A stretch of 63,757 bases of DNA, the filler included, from Lama guanicoe (taxonomy: Eukaryota): the NCBI GenBank assembly GCA_013239625.1. It is 188 parts of 188 records of this genome, joined end to end, with 100 filler letters (N's around TTAATTAATTAA, not from the genome) between each part and the next. Parts side by side here need not be neighbours in the genome. Positions count along the whole stretch, not along the records: positions 37,686 to 37,925 come from PNXV01046235.1; positions 38,026 to 38,265 come from PNXV01046236.1; positions 38,366 to 38,605 come from PNXV01046237.1; positions 38,706 to 38,945 come from PNXV01046238.1; positions 39,046 to 39,285 come from PNXV01046239.1; positions 39,386 to 39,625 come from PNXV01046240.1; positions 39,726 to 39,965 come from PNXV01046241.1; positions 40,066 to 40,305 come from PNXV01046242.1; 180 more parts are not named here. One strand, 5' to 3'. The position numbers and the translations under genes were made by a program. Position 1 is the stretch's first letter; the number at the start of each line of letters is the position of its first letter. A model generated the notes under the pieces. That model did not search any database, was not told the origin of the DNA, and worked only from the letters and a program-made list of their open reading frames with translations. Of the stretch, positions 37,686-49,400 are shown piece after piece.

Positions 37686-37925
37686 GATTGATTGTAGATT
37701 CTATACCTGAAAAGAAATTCATCTCCTACAATGAATGCATGACCCAGATCTTCGCAAGTCACGTGTTTGGGTGCATGGAGATCTTGGTGCTCACTCTTAT
37801 GTCCTTTGATCACTATGTGGTCATTTTAAGCCCCTGAGATACACAACCATCATGATCCAATGCGTCTGTGCTGCATTGGGTGGGGTCTTGTATCCATTCT
37901 TCAACACAGATCCTCTTGGCTCTGA
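37686..37925 (+). pseudogene. Olfactory receptor pseudogene, OR4C-like (TM2-TM4 region)
   Basis: LIVDSIPEKKFISYNECMTQIFASHVFGCMEILVLTLMSFDHYVVI, then a frameshift to KPLRYTTIM, then a deletion/frameshift to SCIHSSTQILLAL. The MAYDRYVAICKPLRY motif is degenerate. Confidence 0.9.
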
Positions 37926-38521
37926 NNNNNNNNNNNNNNNNNNNNNNNNNNNNNNNNNNNNNNNNNNNNTTAATTAATTAANNNNNNNNNNNNNNNNNNN
38001 NNNNNNNNNNNNNNNNNNNNNNNNNCTTGTTAGTCTACTAAAATATTATTTTATTGTTAGTCTACTGGTGCCTCAGCTGGAACTAAAGTAGGAAAATCTC
38101 ATTTTACCCTTCTTGCCACACAAAATAGAATTTTTTTATAGTTATGATATTTTCTTAGATGCCTCTTCAAAAATTGTCTCCACAAGTGCCAGGAAGAATT
38201 GGCACTCTACCCAGTCCTGGTCCTCGAATGAGAGCTGCACTATTTCTTTTCATCTTTTTTTTTTTNNNNNNNNNNNNNNNNNNNNNNNNNNNNNNNNNNN
38301 NNNNNNNNNTTAATTAATTAANNNNNNNNNNNNNNNNNNNNNNNNNNNNNNNNNNNNNNNNNNNNGAGCCACACCCATCTTCCCTAACTTTAACCATCTG
38401 AGTGGGACAGAGATCGAGAGGAGGGACACAATGAACCTGTTACCTACTAGGACCCCCAGTGTCTAAGTTTCCTTTAGTGAAGGGCAAAACATTCCCATCA
38501 TAGAGAGTGGGTAAGTGGTCT

Positions 38522-38605
38522 TGTAACTGAGCAGGACCCTGTGGGGCCTTCCCGGGCAGACCTCTCCCCTGTATCCTCTGCTGCAGCTCCTCTCTGAAGC
38601 ACCCA
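38522..38605 (+). mobile_element. Possible 5' start of an ERV LTR
   Basis: tgtaactgagcaggaccctgtggggccttcccgggcagacc begins with TG and resembles artiodactyl LTR starts. Confidence 0.4.
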
Positions 38606-39757
38606 NNNNNNNNNNNNNNNNNNNNNNNNNNNNNNNNNNNNNNNNNNNNTTAATTAATTAANNNNNNNNNNNNNNNNNNNNNNNNNNNNNNNNNNNNNNN
38701 NNNNNAGAGAGAAGAAATAAGAGAAGGTAAGTGAGCTCTGGGGGGAGGAGAGCCGGCCTTGGGGTTCACTATGGGCTTTCCAAGCAATGTTGGGCAGATA
38801 GTGAGTATGCAAAACAGAAACTTGGCATATCTATGTTTGGTGGATGAAATCACCCACAAAGCTGTAGAAAGAGGAGAGAAATTGAAAAGTGAGGAGAGTT
38901 GTGAACCAAGGACACTTTATTGAGAAACACAAAAAGGAGAAGGAGNNNNNNNNNNNNNNNNNNNNNNNNNNNNNNNNNNNNNNNNNNNNTTAATTAATTA
39001 ANNNNNNNNNNNNNNNNNNNNNNNNNNNNNNNNNNNNNNNNNNNNAACTGCTCTTTAACATTCTTTAATGGTTAAAGTTCTGTTCAGATTCTTTCTATTT
39101 GGGGGTTTTGCCAAATTACATATTTTTAGAGGTAATTATCCATCTGTGTTTTTGCGGGCTTTTCCATGGTTTTTGTTCTCAGCATACTCTTAATTTCTAT
39201 TCTATCTACAGTTATATGCCTTTTTCACTCCTAGCGTTGCCTTCTCACACTCTTCTTTCAATCTGTTTCGACTGAGTGTGTCTTTNNNNNNNNNNNNNNN
39301 NNNNNNNNNNNNNNNNNNNNNNNNNNNNNTTAATTAATTAANNNNNNNNNNNNNNNNNNNNNNNNNNNNNNNNNNNNNNNNNNNNTTTGGTTTGGAAGGT
39401 AATTTCAGATTGTCCTTTATCAACACAAAGCATGTGAGGGAGGAGCTTTACTGCTTACTGTCACTTAGTGCTTAAAATCATGACCCAGGAAGCGCTCAAC
39501 GAGAGCATGATTTGTCAGTTGTTCATGTCAATATGGTGCCTGGGTAAGGAATCAGCTTCTGGAGTAAAGACACACTTTTGGGAAGAGGATCTCACATTTT
39601 GGTTGTACATTTGAACTAATTATTANNNNNNNNNNNNNNNNNNNNNNNNNNNNNNNNNNNNNNNNNNNNTTAATTAATTAANNNNNNNNNNNNNNNNNNN
39701 NNNNNNNNNNNNNNNNNNNNNNNNNCGGGGTGCGCGAGCCGGGGTTGCAGCCCAGCA

Positions 39758-39767
39758 GGGACTTTCC
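39758..39767 (+). promoter_or_regulatory. Canonical NF-kB site GGGACTTTCC
   Basis: Exact match to the classical kB decamer, inside a CpG island. Confidence 0.75.
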
Positions 39768-39814
39768 AGCCGGCGGCGGCGGCGGCGGCCGCCGGCCCTT
39801 CCCCGCCCCCCGAC

Positions 39815-39877
39815 ATGGGGCTGCCCGGGGAGCAGGACGCTGCGGACGGCGGCGGAGGACGCGCCCGGCGCCCCTGA
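39815..39877 (+). other. Upstream ORF (20 aa, MGLPGEQDAADGGGGRARRP) in the putative TRAF3 5' UTR
   Basis: gacATGg has G at -3 and G at +4; TGA at 39875-39877 lies before the splice donor. Confidence 0.65.
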
Positions 39878-40065
39878 GCCGGCCGAGCGGCGGCGGAGCG
39901 CGGGTAAGGGGCCCGGCGGGCGGCGGGCTGGGGCGGGGGCCCCGCGGGCGGCGGGCTGCTCCATCNNNNNNNNNNNNNNNNNNNNNNNNNNNNNNNNNNN
40001 NNNNNNNNNTTAATTAATTAANNNNNNNNNNNNNNNNNNNNNNNNNNNNNNNNNNNNNNNNNNNN

Positions 40066-40645
40066 GCATTTTGGGTCTAATTAAGTACCTTAAAATCATC
40101 CTGGATTACTCAAGTACCCTAAATCCAATGATTTTATGGCCCTAAATCTAATGATGTGACCTTATAAAGATGAAAGAGAAGACACAGGGAGAAGAGAAGG
40201 TAGAATAAGGGATTGAAGTGACACAGCTACAAATCAGTGAACTCCTCAGGCCGCCCGAAGCTGGAAGGAACAAGGAAGGAATGCCCTCTAGAGCCTTCAG
40301 AGGAGNNNNNNNNNNNNNNNNNNNNNNNNNNNNNNNNNNNNNNNNNNNNTTAATTAATTAANNNNNNNNNNNNNNNNNNNNNNNNNNNNNNNNNNNNNNN
40401 NNNNNGCATTTTGGGTCTAATTAAGTACCTTAAAATCATCCTGGATTACTCAAGAACCCTAAATCCAATGATTTTACGGCCCTAAGTCTAATGATGTGTC
40501 CTTATAAAGATAAAAGAGAAGACACAGGGAGAAGAGAAGGTAGAATAAGGGATTGGAGTGACACAGCTACAAATCAGTGAACTCCTCAGGCCGCCAGAAG
40601 CTGGAAGGAACAAGGAAGGAATGCCCTCTAGAGCCTTCAGAGGAG
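40066..40645 (+). mobile_element. Two ~97% identical MLT1-type MaLR LTR fragments (40066-40305, 40406-40645); bubble arms
   Basis: atcatcctggatta...ccctaaatccaatg...ccttataaaga...gaagacacagggagaag...ccagaagctggaagga.caaggaagga...ctagagccttcagaggag; 7 substitutions between copies. Confidence 0.88.
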
Positions 40646-41425
40646 NNNNNNNNNNNNNNNNNNNNNNNNNNNNNNNNNNNNNNNNNNNNTTAATTAATTA
40701 ANNNNNNNNNNNNNNNNNNNNNNNNNNNNNNNNNNNNNNNNNNNNTGATTTTAAAAAACCCTTAAACACAATGCCATGTGCTTCGCACAAGTACGCGTAT
40801 GTATAGAAATAGGGCTGAAAATATCGCTTGATTGATTTGTATGATCAAACTCAGAGCATAGACATGAGGCTGGAAGCCCAAAAAGATTTCATCATCTTCT
40901 ATTGCGAGTTTTATGTTTGCTTTGTGGTGTTTTTTCCTTTTGTTTCTGCTTTATGTCCTTAAAAAGTAATTTAAAAATGAACGTTNNNNNNNNNNNNNNN
41001 NNNNNNNNNNNNNNNNNNNNNNNNNNNNNTTAATTAATTAANNNNNNNNNNNNNNNNNNNNNNNNNNNNNNNNNNNNNNNNNNNNGGGGGAGAGCTGGAC
41101 AGACAGAAGCCTGACTGAGGGGAGGGGACCGAGATTAACGGGTGAGATGGAAGAGCCAGTGGGTACAGACAAGCCTTCACCAAGGTCTGCTGTACGCGGG
41201 GACTTAAGACACGATGTGATGGCTGGAAAATGATGGGTGGTGGGTGAGGGACGGCTTCCATTCTAGCAGAAAAAACCGAGATAATATTTGCACATTGGTA
41301 GAGATGACCCTTGAAGGAAGGAGGANNNNNNNNNNNNNNNNNNNNNNNNNNNNNNNNNNNNNNNNNNNNTTAATTAATTAANNNNNNNNNNNNNNNNNNN
41401 NNNNNNNNNNNNNNNNNNNNNNNNN

Positions 41426-41665
41426 TTGGTGTCAATGCAGTTTGGTGCAGCCATTGTGGAAAACAGTATGGAGACTTCTAAAAAGACTAAAAATACAAAT
41501 AGCTTATGATGCAGCAATCCCACTCCTGGGCAATTATGCAAAGGGAATGTTAAATCAAAAATAAGTCTACACATCCTATAGCCAGCATAGTACTGAATGG
41601 TGAAAAATTCAAAATCTTCCCACTAAAATCTGGAACAAGACACGGTTACCCACTATCACCACTCC
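41426..41665 (+). mobile_element. Chimeric LINE-1 fragment: ORF2 C-terminal region followed by an RT-domain segment
   Basis: Left part encodes PLWKTVWRLLKRLKIQIAYDAAIPLLG; right part encodes [30 protein letters not shown]. Confidence 0.85.
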
Positions 41666-42115
41666 NNNNNNNNNNNNNNNNNNNNNNNNNNNNNNNNNNN
41701 NNNNNNNNNTTAATTAATTAANNNNNNNNNNNNNNNNNNNNNNNNNNNNNNNNNNNNNNNNNNNNTCTTTCTGGCCAAAGGACCAGGAAACGAGGTCCCT
41801 GTGAGCCAGAGGGATGGCGGGGAAAAATCCCTGTGTGTTCTCTCTCTCTCATAGATACAGATGATATAAACATGGATGGAGATGGAGGCGTAGATATAGC
41901 TGTGAGCATGTCTTCCTTCTTTTTCTCCCCCCCAGCCCTGCTTGAGGGAGAGCCCGGCCCTGGTACTATGAAAAGGCAGAATAGGCAACAAAAACTCAAA
42001 GAAGTNNNNNNNNNNNNNNNNNNNNNNNNNNNNNNNNNNNNNNNNNNNNTTAATTAATTAANNNNNNNNNNNNNNNNNNNNNNNNNNNNNNNNNNNNNNN
42101 NNNNNATATATATAT

Positions 42116-42345
42116 ATAAAACCCAATTGAAAAATGGGCAGAAAACCTATATAGACATTTCTCCAGGGAAGACATACGAATGGCCAAAAGGCACCTGAAC
42201 AAATGCTCAGTAATGGTAATTATTAGAGAAATGCAAATCTAAACTACAATGAGGTATCACCCATCAGAATGGCTATCCTTAAAAAGTCCACAATTGATAA
42301 ATGTTGGAGAGGGTGTGGAGAAAAGGAAACCCTCCTACACTGTTG
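42116..42345 (+). mobile_element. LINE-1 ORF2 late fragment
   Basis: aaaaatgggcagaaaacctatatagacatttctcc...agagaaatgcaaatc.aaactacaatgaggtatcac...ggagagggtgtggagaaaaggaaaccctcctacactgttg. Confidence 0.93.
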
Positions 42346-45300
42346 NNNNNNNNNNNNNNNNNNNNNNNNNNNNNNNNNNNNNNNNNNNNTTAATTAATTA
42401 ANNNNNNNNNNNNNNNNNNNNNNNNNNNNNNNNNNNNNNNNNNNNGGGTCTGTGGGAGAACAATGTTGAGTATTTGCATTCTGACCTACGACTGCCATCA
42501 GCAAGCAGTTTAAGCAAAAGTGAAATCCACTAAGTTGAAAAGAAATTAGTGACGCATCCTCCACCTAAATCACTGGCAGTTTCTTGTCATCTAAAGTGAA
42601 TGACCCTTTTCCTTCTAAGTCCCACAGCAAGGATAACAAATTCTAAACTCATAGGGGCAAGCAGATATGGAGTGAATTAGGCTGTNNNNNNNNNNNNNNN
42701 NNNNNNNNNNNNNNNNNNNNNNNNNNNNNTTAATTAATTAANNNNNNNNNNNNNNNNNNNNNNNNNNNNNNNNNNNNNNNNNNNNGAAATAATTAGCTTC
42801 ATCAGGACTGCCTTCCTTTTCAATATCTTACAATCCTCATACTTACTAACTGGAATGCTGAATTAATGTTTTTCACTTTAAAGAGAAAGACACCCATTAG
42901 GAAAGCTGGTAACATAATGTATGGTTGGAGTGTTTTTTATATCCTCTATACCTACAATGACATTAAAACGTTTCAATATTGCATTATTATCCTTAAAATT
43001 AATCAGCCACGTCCAAAAAGTGAAANNNNNNNNNNNNNNNNNNNNNNNNNNNNNNNNNNNNNNNNNNNNTTAATTAATTAANNNNNNNNNNNNNNNNNNN
43101 NNNNNNNNNNNNNNNNNNNNNNNNNCATTCTCTTCTATTCTGTGGTTACCTAATCATTTTCTCAATTATATTGTTTGAACAGGAGAAAGTCACTATTTTG
43201 ATGTAGCCCAGGTTATCAATTCTTTTTTATGGTTAGTGATTCATATGAACTTTCTCTGTCTAAAAAATATTTTACTATTTAAATTTAGAGTCCATTCTCC
43301 AATGGTTTCTTCTAGGGGCTTTTAGATTTCACGTTTAGTTGTACATCCCAACTTGAATTATTTTTNNNNNNNNNNNNNNNNNNNNNNNNNNNNNNNNNNN
43401 NNNNNNNNNTTAATTAATTAANNNNNNNNNNNNNNNNNNNNNNNNNNNNNNNNNNNNNNNNNNNNGTCACGGGGGAGAGAGAATGGCCCTCTGGAATGGC
43501 TCTACATTGCAGTTTATTCTGGATTTGACTCTCATCCTATCCTGCTCCAGCTGGCTTCGTCTTGCCATCTTTCACGTGGAGTAAGTCTTTTCTTTTGACT
43601 TTCCACAGTCCGTTCCCCAAACAGCAGCTAGTGACCTTACACAAAAGTGAGTCGGACTGTAGCATTCCAGTGCTTAAAACCCTCCAGGACCGGCCACTGT
43701 GCATANNNNNNNNNNNNNNNNNNNNNNNNNNNNNNNNNNNNNNNNNNNNTTAATTAATTAANNNNNNNNNNNNNNNNNNNNNNNNNNNNNNNNNNNNNNN
43801 NNNNNCTTTGTTTTTATTTCATTCATTATGCTCCAGCCATAATGGCTCTATTTCCAATCCTTGAAAGTCCAGAGATATTTCCTGCTTTAGGTATTTTGCT
43901 TATGCTATTTTGTCTGCCTGGAATACTTTTTCCATGACCACCAATTTGTGGCTACCACATTATCATCCTTCTAACTCATCAAATAAATCACTTCCTCAAG
44001 AGGTCTCGTAAAATCTATACTCCTCATGTCAATGAAGTGCCTTGTNNNNNNNNNNNNNNNNNNNNNNNNNNNNNNNNNNNNNNNNNNNNTTAATTAATTA
44101 ANNNNNNNNNNNNNNNNNNNNNNNNNNNNNNNNNNNNNNNNNNNNGAGCCGGGAGGAGCGTGGTCTCCACCACGAAGCTTGGCAAGAACCGGCCTCACAA
44201 GGAAGAACCCCAAAGACAAGGTATTGAGGTGCGTCCCTGACCCCAGCAGAGCCCAGGCCCTCCTGGCCTCTCTCTGCACTTCACTAGGACTAATGGCCTC
44301 CTGTCTGCGGGCAGCGCCCCAACAGGGTCACCTGTGATTGGCCAGTGGTAAGAAACTTGGGCAATTAATCCAGAAGGGCTAGCGTNNNNNNNNNNNNNNN
44401 NNNNNNNNNNNNNNNNNNNNNNNNNNNNNTTAATTAATTAANNNNNNNNNNNNNNNNNNNNNNNNNNNNNNNNNNNNNNNNNNNNCACGAATGATAGAGG
44501 AAGGTTTAAAATAAGCTAGTATGTGCATTTCAACTAGGCTCCAGAGCAGAATTGCAAAAAAATTATAAATAGCTGATCTTTAATAGAGGAAAACATTTCC
44601 TAGAAATACCAAAACATGAAAATAGAAGGAAACATGAGTTTCTACCAGAAATATTTTCTTAAACTATTACTTGTCATAGTAACAATATTAATATCACACA
44701 AAGCACTTCAAATTTTACTTCACATNNNNNNNNNNNNNNNNNNNNNNNNNNNNNNNNNNNNNNNNNNNNTTAATTAATTAANNNNNNNNNNNNNNNNNNN
44801 NNNNNNNNNNNNNNNNNNNNNNNNNGCTCCAAACCAAACCCCTCTGAGGGCAGTGAGAAAGTGAGGCTGCCTCCAGCATGGCCAACAGCAAGGTGTTCAG
44901 GGCCCCAGTTCGCCCACGTACTTGGCAGGCGCCACCCTGGACTCATGCTGACTTGAGCTGAGGGAAGTGAAAAACCTCACTCATCAAAGAGTTGTTTTGT
45001 CCACATGATACGAGACCAACCACTGGTTGAGCTAGTGTGACAGGGCGCAGAGAGCTGCCTTGACTNNNNNNNNNNNNNNNNNNNNNNNNNNNNNNNNNNN
45101 NNNNNNNNNTTAATTAATTAANNNNNNNNNNNNNNNNNNNNNNNNNNNNNNNNNNNNNNNNNNNNGGGGATTCCTGTCCTGTCCCACACTTCTGCCTCCA
45201 GGACACTGATCAGCACAGAAGGTGTAGTTTTTTAATGAGTCCAGTGTATCCTGTTTTTCTTGGCCTGTCCAAGAACCCCCATTGTTCACAAGATGTATCA

Positions 45301-45505
45301 TTTTCTGCCATTTGCTTGTGTCCCCCTTTCTCTGCTCATATCTAGCTACCTGCCTTCTCTAACAAAGAGAGCCTTCCTAAAGAAATAAAGACCCCGAGAA
45401 AGAGANNNNNNNNNNNNNNNNNNNNNNNNNNNNNNNNNNNNNNNNNNNNTTAATTAATTAANNNNNNNNNNNNNNNNNNNNNNNNNNNNNNNNNNNNNNN
45501 NNNNN

Positions 45506-45745
45506 TCTTAATGTTGGCTTTTATGGCTGTGGACTTCCTTCTTAGAACTACTTTGGCTGCATCCCATAAGTTTTGATATTATGTGTTTCCATTTTCATTT
45601 GTCTCTTGATAATTTGTTATTACTCTTTTGAGTTCTCATTCGACACATTGGTCATTCAGTAGCATGTTGTAGAATCTTCACGTATTTGTGAATTTTCCAC
45701 TTTTCTTCTTGTACTTGGTTTCTAGTTTCTCACCATTGTGGTTGG
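45506..45745 (-). mobile_element. LINE-1 ORF2 (endonuclease region) fragment
   Basis: cttcctcttagaactactttggctgcatcccataagttttg...ttcagtagcatgttg...tttctagtttc, homologous to 28169. Confidence 0.88.
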
Positions 45746-46185
45746 NNNNNNNNNNNNNNNNNNNNNNNNNNNNNNNNNNNNNNNNNNNNTTAATTAATTA
45801 ANNNNNNNNNNNNNNNNNNNNNNNNNNNNNNNNNNNNNNNNNNNNACAACAAGAAGTCACATATTGAATGATTTCATGTATATGAAATGTTCAGAAAAGG
45901 AACCTATGGAGATATAAAATTGACCAGTGTTTGCCTGAGGCAAGGCATGGAGATAGGGATTAAGTATAATTGAGCATGAAAAGATCTTTTTGTGGTTATA
46001 AAAATGTTTAAAATTGGATGATCATAATGGTTCCATAACTCAGGTAATTTACTAAAAATCATTGAACTGTAATTCAAAATGGATGNNNNNNNNNNNNNNN
46101 NNNNNNNNNNNNNNNNNNNNNNNNNNNNNTTAATTAATTAANNNNNNNNNNNNNNNNNNNNNNNNNNNNNNNNNNNNNNNNNNNN

Positions 46186-46424
46186 TTAGGTTGCTTCTAT
46201 GTCTTGGCTATTGTAAATAGTGCTGCTACAAACACTGGGGTGCACGTATCTTTTTAAATTAAGAGTTTCCTCCAGATATATGCCCAGGAGTGGGCTCTCT
46301 GGATCATATATGGTAACTCTATTTTCAGTTTTTTAAGAAATTGCCATATAGTTTTCCACAGTAGCTACACCAAATTACATTCCCACCAGCAGTGTAGGAG
46401 GGTTTTCTTTTCTCCACAGCCTCT
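46186..46424 (-). mobile_element. LINE-1 ORF2 C-terminal fragment
   Basis: ttaggttgcttctatgtcttggctattgtaaatagtgctgct...gatatatgcccaggagtggg...acattcccaccagcagtgtaggagggtt. Confidence 0.93.
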
Positions 46425-49400
46425 NNNNNNNNNNNNNNNNNNNNNNNNNNNNNNNNNNNNNNNNNNNNTTAATTAATTAANNNNNNNNNNNNNNNNNNNN
46501 NNNNNNNNNNNNNNNNNNNNNNNNAACAAACTTACAGTTACCAGGGAGTAAAGGGGGTGGGAATGGATAAAATGGAAATTTGAAATTCGCTCCTTTTGGG
46601 GAGTGATGAAAATATTAGCTATCTTGATTGTGGTGGTGGTTTCACAGATATTTTTGCATTCTAGTTTGTATTCATTGGTTTTGTAACATAAAGATCTTCC
46701 TTTTTATCAATTAACAGTTGAGATCCATGTGGATATTTAAAAATTAGGGCTCTCCAGAAATGAANNNNNNNNNNNNNNNNNNNNNNNNNNNNNNNNNNNN
46801 NNNNNNNNTTAATTAATTAANNNNNNNNNNNNNNNNNNNNNNNNNNNNNNNNNNNNNNNNNNNNCCATAGTGACCAGATTGGCTGTCTTTTCCCCAAGGA
46901 GCCCAGAGATGCTCCATCCAGAGGGCAGAATACTCCATTTCAGTTGCACATAGATCTCTCCCCAGTAGGTTTATAGATGAATAGGGAGAAATAAGAACAC
47001 ACATTCCTTAGTAAGAGGACATTATCTCATGGGAATTGTGGAGGAAAAGGAGCAAGTAAGGAGACTGATTCAAAATACCAACAACCTGTAATGATTTCTT
47101 GCCANNNNNNNNNNNNNNNNNNNNNNNNNNNNNNNNNNNNNNNNNNNNTTAATTAATTAANNNNNNNNNNNNNNNNNNNNNNNNNNNNNNNNNNNNNNNN
47201 NNNNCAAAACCTTGCCAGTAGTTTTAAAAATCTCCACCATCCAGACAGTGCACGTGATTTTTCCTAAACACTAAAGACTAGTCATCTTGGGGTCAGTGGT
47301 GATGAGAAAATAGCAATTCCGAGTGGCCGCCTAGGCGCTTGCCGTGTAAAAGCCCAGCTCACACCTGGAGTCTGGACATTGAGATAAGAACCTGCGCTTA
47401 GAATTCCTGCCACAATTTCCTGTTTTGCTTTTCCTGAGGCACATNNNNNNNNNNNNNNNNNNNNNNNNNNNNNNNNNNNNNNNNNNNNTTAATTAATTAA
47501 NNNNNNNNNNNNNNNNNNNNNNNNNNNNNNNNNNNNNNNNNNNNGGTGGAAACCTAGGCTGCCCATCCAGCCTCCCCTGGAGGCCCTATGAGAAGGGAAG
47601 GGGCACCTCCTTTCCGCTTGGAAGGGGCAGAAGTCCAGGCTCCTCGTGGGGTCTTGGTTGAAGGAAATTTGCAGACGGGTGAGGGAGACCTGCAATCTTC
47701 CCTGGTGTTTTTCTGGAGAAGTGCATTTATTGTCAAAAAAAGTTTCTGTTTTCTTAGGCTTCCCATTTCCTGGTCCTCTGGCAANNNNNNNNNNNNNNNN
47801 NNNNNNNNNNNNNNNNNNNNNNNNNNNNTTAATTAATTAANNNNNNNNNNNNNNNNNNNNNNNNNNNNNNNNNNNNNNNNNNNNGTTACAAAGACAGAAA
47901 TATTATAGTTGTCCTTAATGCTGAATTATTTCATTCTGTAAAAATTCACAATCTATTCTGTCATCTATAAGATAGCTGCCAAAGAACCAATATCGTTATC
48001 AAGAGATTATCTTTGATATTTTAAAAGGTCCCATGTATCTCAGATTGTTCATTAATCTCTAAGTACCGAGTGTTCTAACTTCTAGATCCTTCAACCAAGA
48101 AAGATGTGGATGTAAGGAGAAGAANNNNNNNNNNNNNNNNNNNNNNNNNNNNNNNNNNNNNNNNNNNNTTAATTAATTAANNNNNNNNNNNNNNNNNNNN
48201 NNNNNNNNNNNNNNNNNNNNNNNNGGGAAAACAAAAGCTGCGGATTCTTTCCATAGCATCCCGGTGTGTTTGATGACATGGAGTGGCCCTATTCGTTCCT
48301 TCAGCGAGCATTCGTTGAATGCCTCCTGCGTGCCTGATACTGTGCCTGGTGCCCAAGAAATACTCCTCCTCCTGAAAAAGCGTACAGTCGGACATGGAAA
48401 TAAGCAGCTACGGCGGCGTCTGAGCAGTTCTGTCCTACTCAGCCGGGCCCCGCTAGTTCAGACANNNNNNNNNNNNNNNNNNNNNNNNNNNNNNNNNNNN
48501 NNNNNNNNTTAATTAATTAANNNNNNNNNNNNNNNNNNNNNNNNNNNNNNNNNNNNNNNNNNNNTTAACTTTTTAGTGGGCTTCAAGAATGGTTGTTATC
48601 ATCAGTATCATCTTTATCCTCATCAATGAATGAGCATTTACTCTGGCTCCGAGATCTTAAATTCCGGAGTCCTACCTTCTGACCACAGCTTCACGTATGT
48701 GTTTATACATCGTCCACTCCCTTACTCCCACTAACCTGATTCTTCGACTTCAAAGTATTTAGTGTTGAAACCATCTCTATTTTTCTAGTCTGTCAGTCCA
48801 TTCCNNNNNNNNNNNNNNNNNNNNNNNNNNNNNNNNNNNNNNNNNNNNTTAATTAATTAANNNNNNNNNNNNNNNNNNNNNNNNNNNNNNNNNNNNNNNN
48901 NNNNAACATGTAAGAGAAGCATTATCATAATTTTCATTTTATGGAAGTGACAATTGAAGCACAGAGAAGCAATCTGCAGATCTGAGATTTGAATCCAAAT
49001 AATCTATATTTAGAATTCATGCTCTTTACCATGATGCTAAACTTCTCACAACTTAAACAAGAGTAGACATTCCATCTATAAAAACTACTGTTATTAAATT
49101 TCAAAACTACCTAAAAATGGTGCTGTACACTGGAATTTGACACANNNNNNNNNNNNNNNNNNNNNNNNNNNNNNNNNNNNNNNNNNNNTTAATTAATTAA
49201 NNNNNNNNNNNNNNNNNNNNNNNNNNNNNNNNNNNNNNNNNNNNGCTGCAGTCAGGTGGGGACTAACGTGTTATGGACTAACAAAAGTTCAGATGACTCT
49301 TTCTGGCTCTAAAATTCTGTTTCTTTTTCAAGGAAGATCATGCAAAACTCCTGCAGATCCTCTGAATGGCGTGGTGCACATAGACACAAACACCCAGTTC

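Larger units (their letters stand above)
39726..39903 (+). promoter_or_regulatory. TRAF3: TRAF3 non-coding exon 1 (5' UTR) in a CpG island, with splice donor GT at 39904
   Basis: gtgcgcgagccggggttgcagcccagc.gggactttccagccggcggc...ggcggaggacgcgcccggcgcccctgagccggccgagcggcg closely matches my recollection of the human TRAF3 mRNA 5' leader, and is followed by g|gtaagg. Confidence 0.75.

Noticed and set aside
40066..40645. Genuine tandem duplication or paired LTRs of one element
   Set aside because: The copies are separate contigs joined by the artificial linker, and the 49-nt identical ends indicate graph bubble arms.
44146..44226. Possible exon end (AGRSVVSTTKLGKNRPHKEEPQRQ|gtattg)
   Set aside because: Too short and not recognised; needs blastx.
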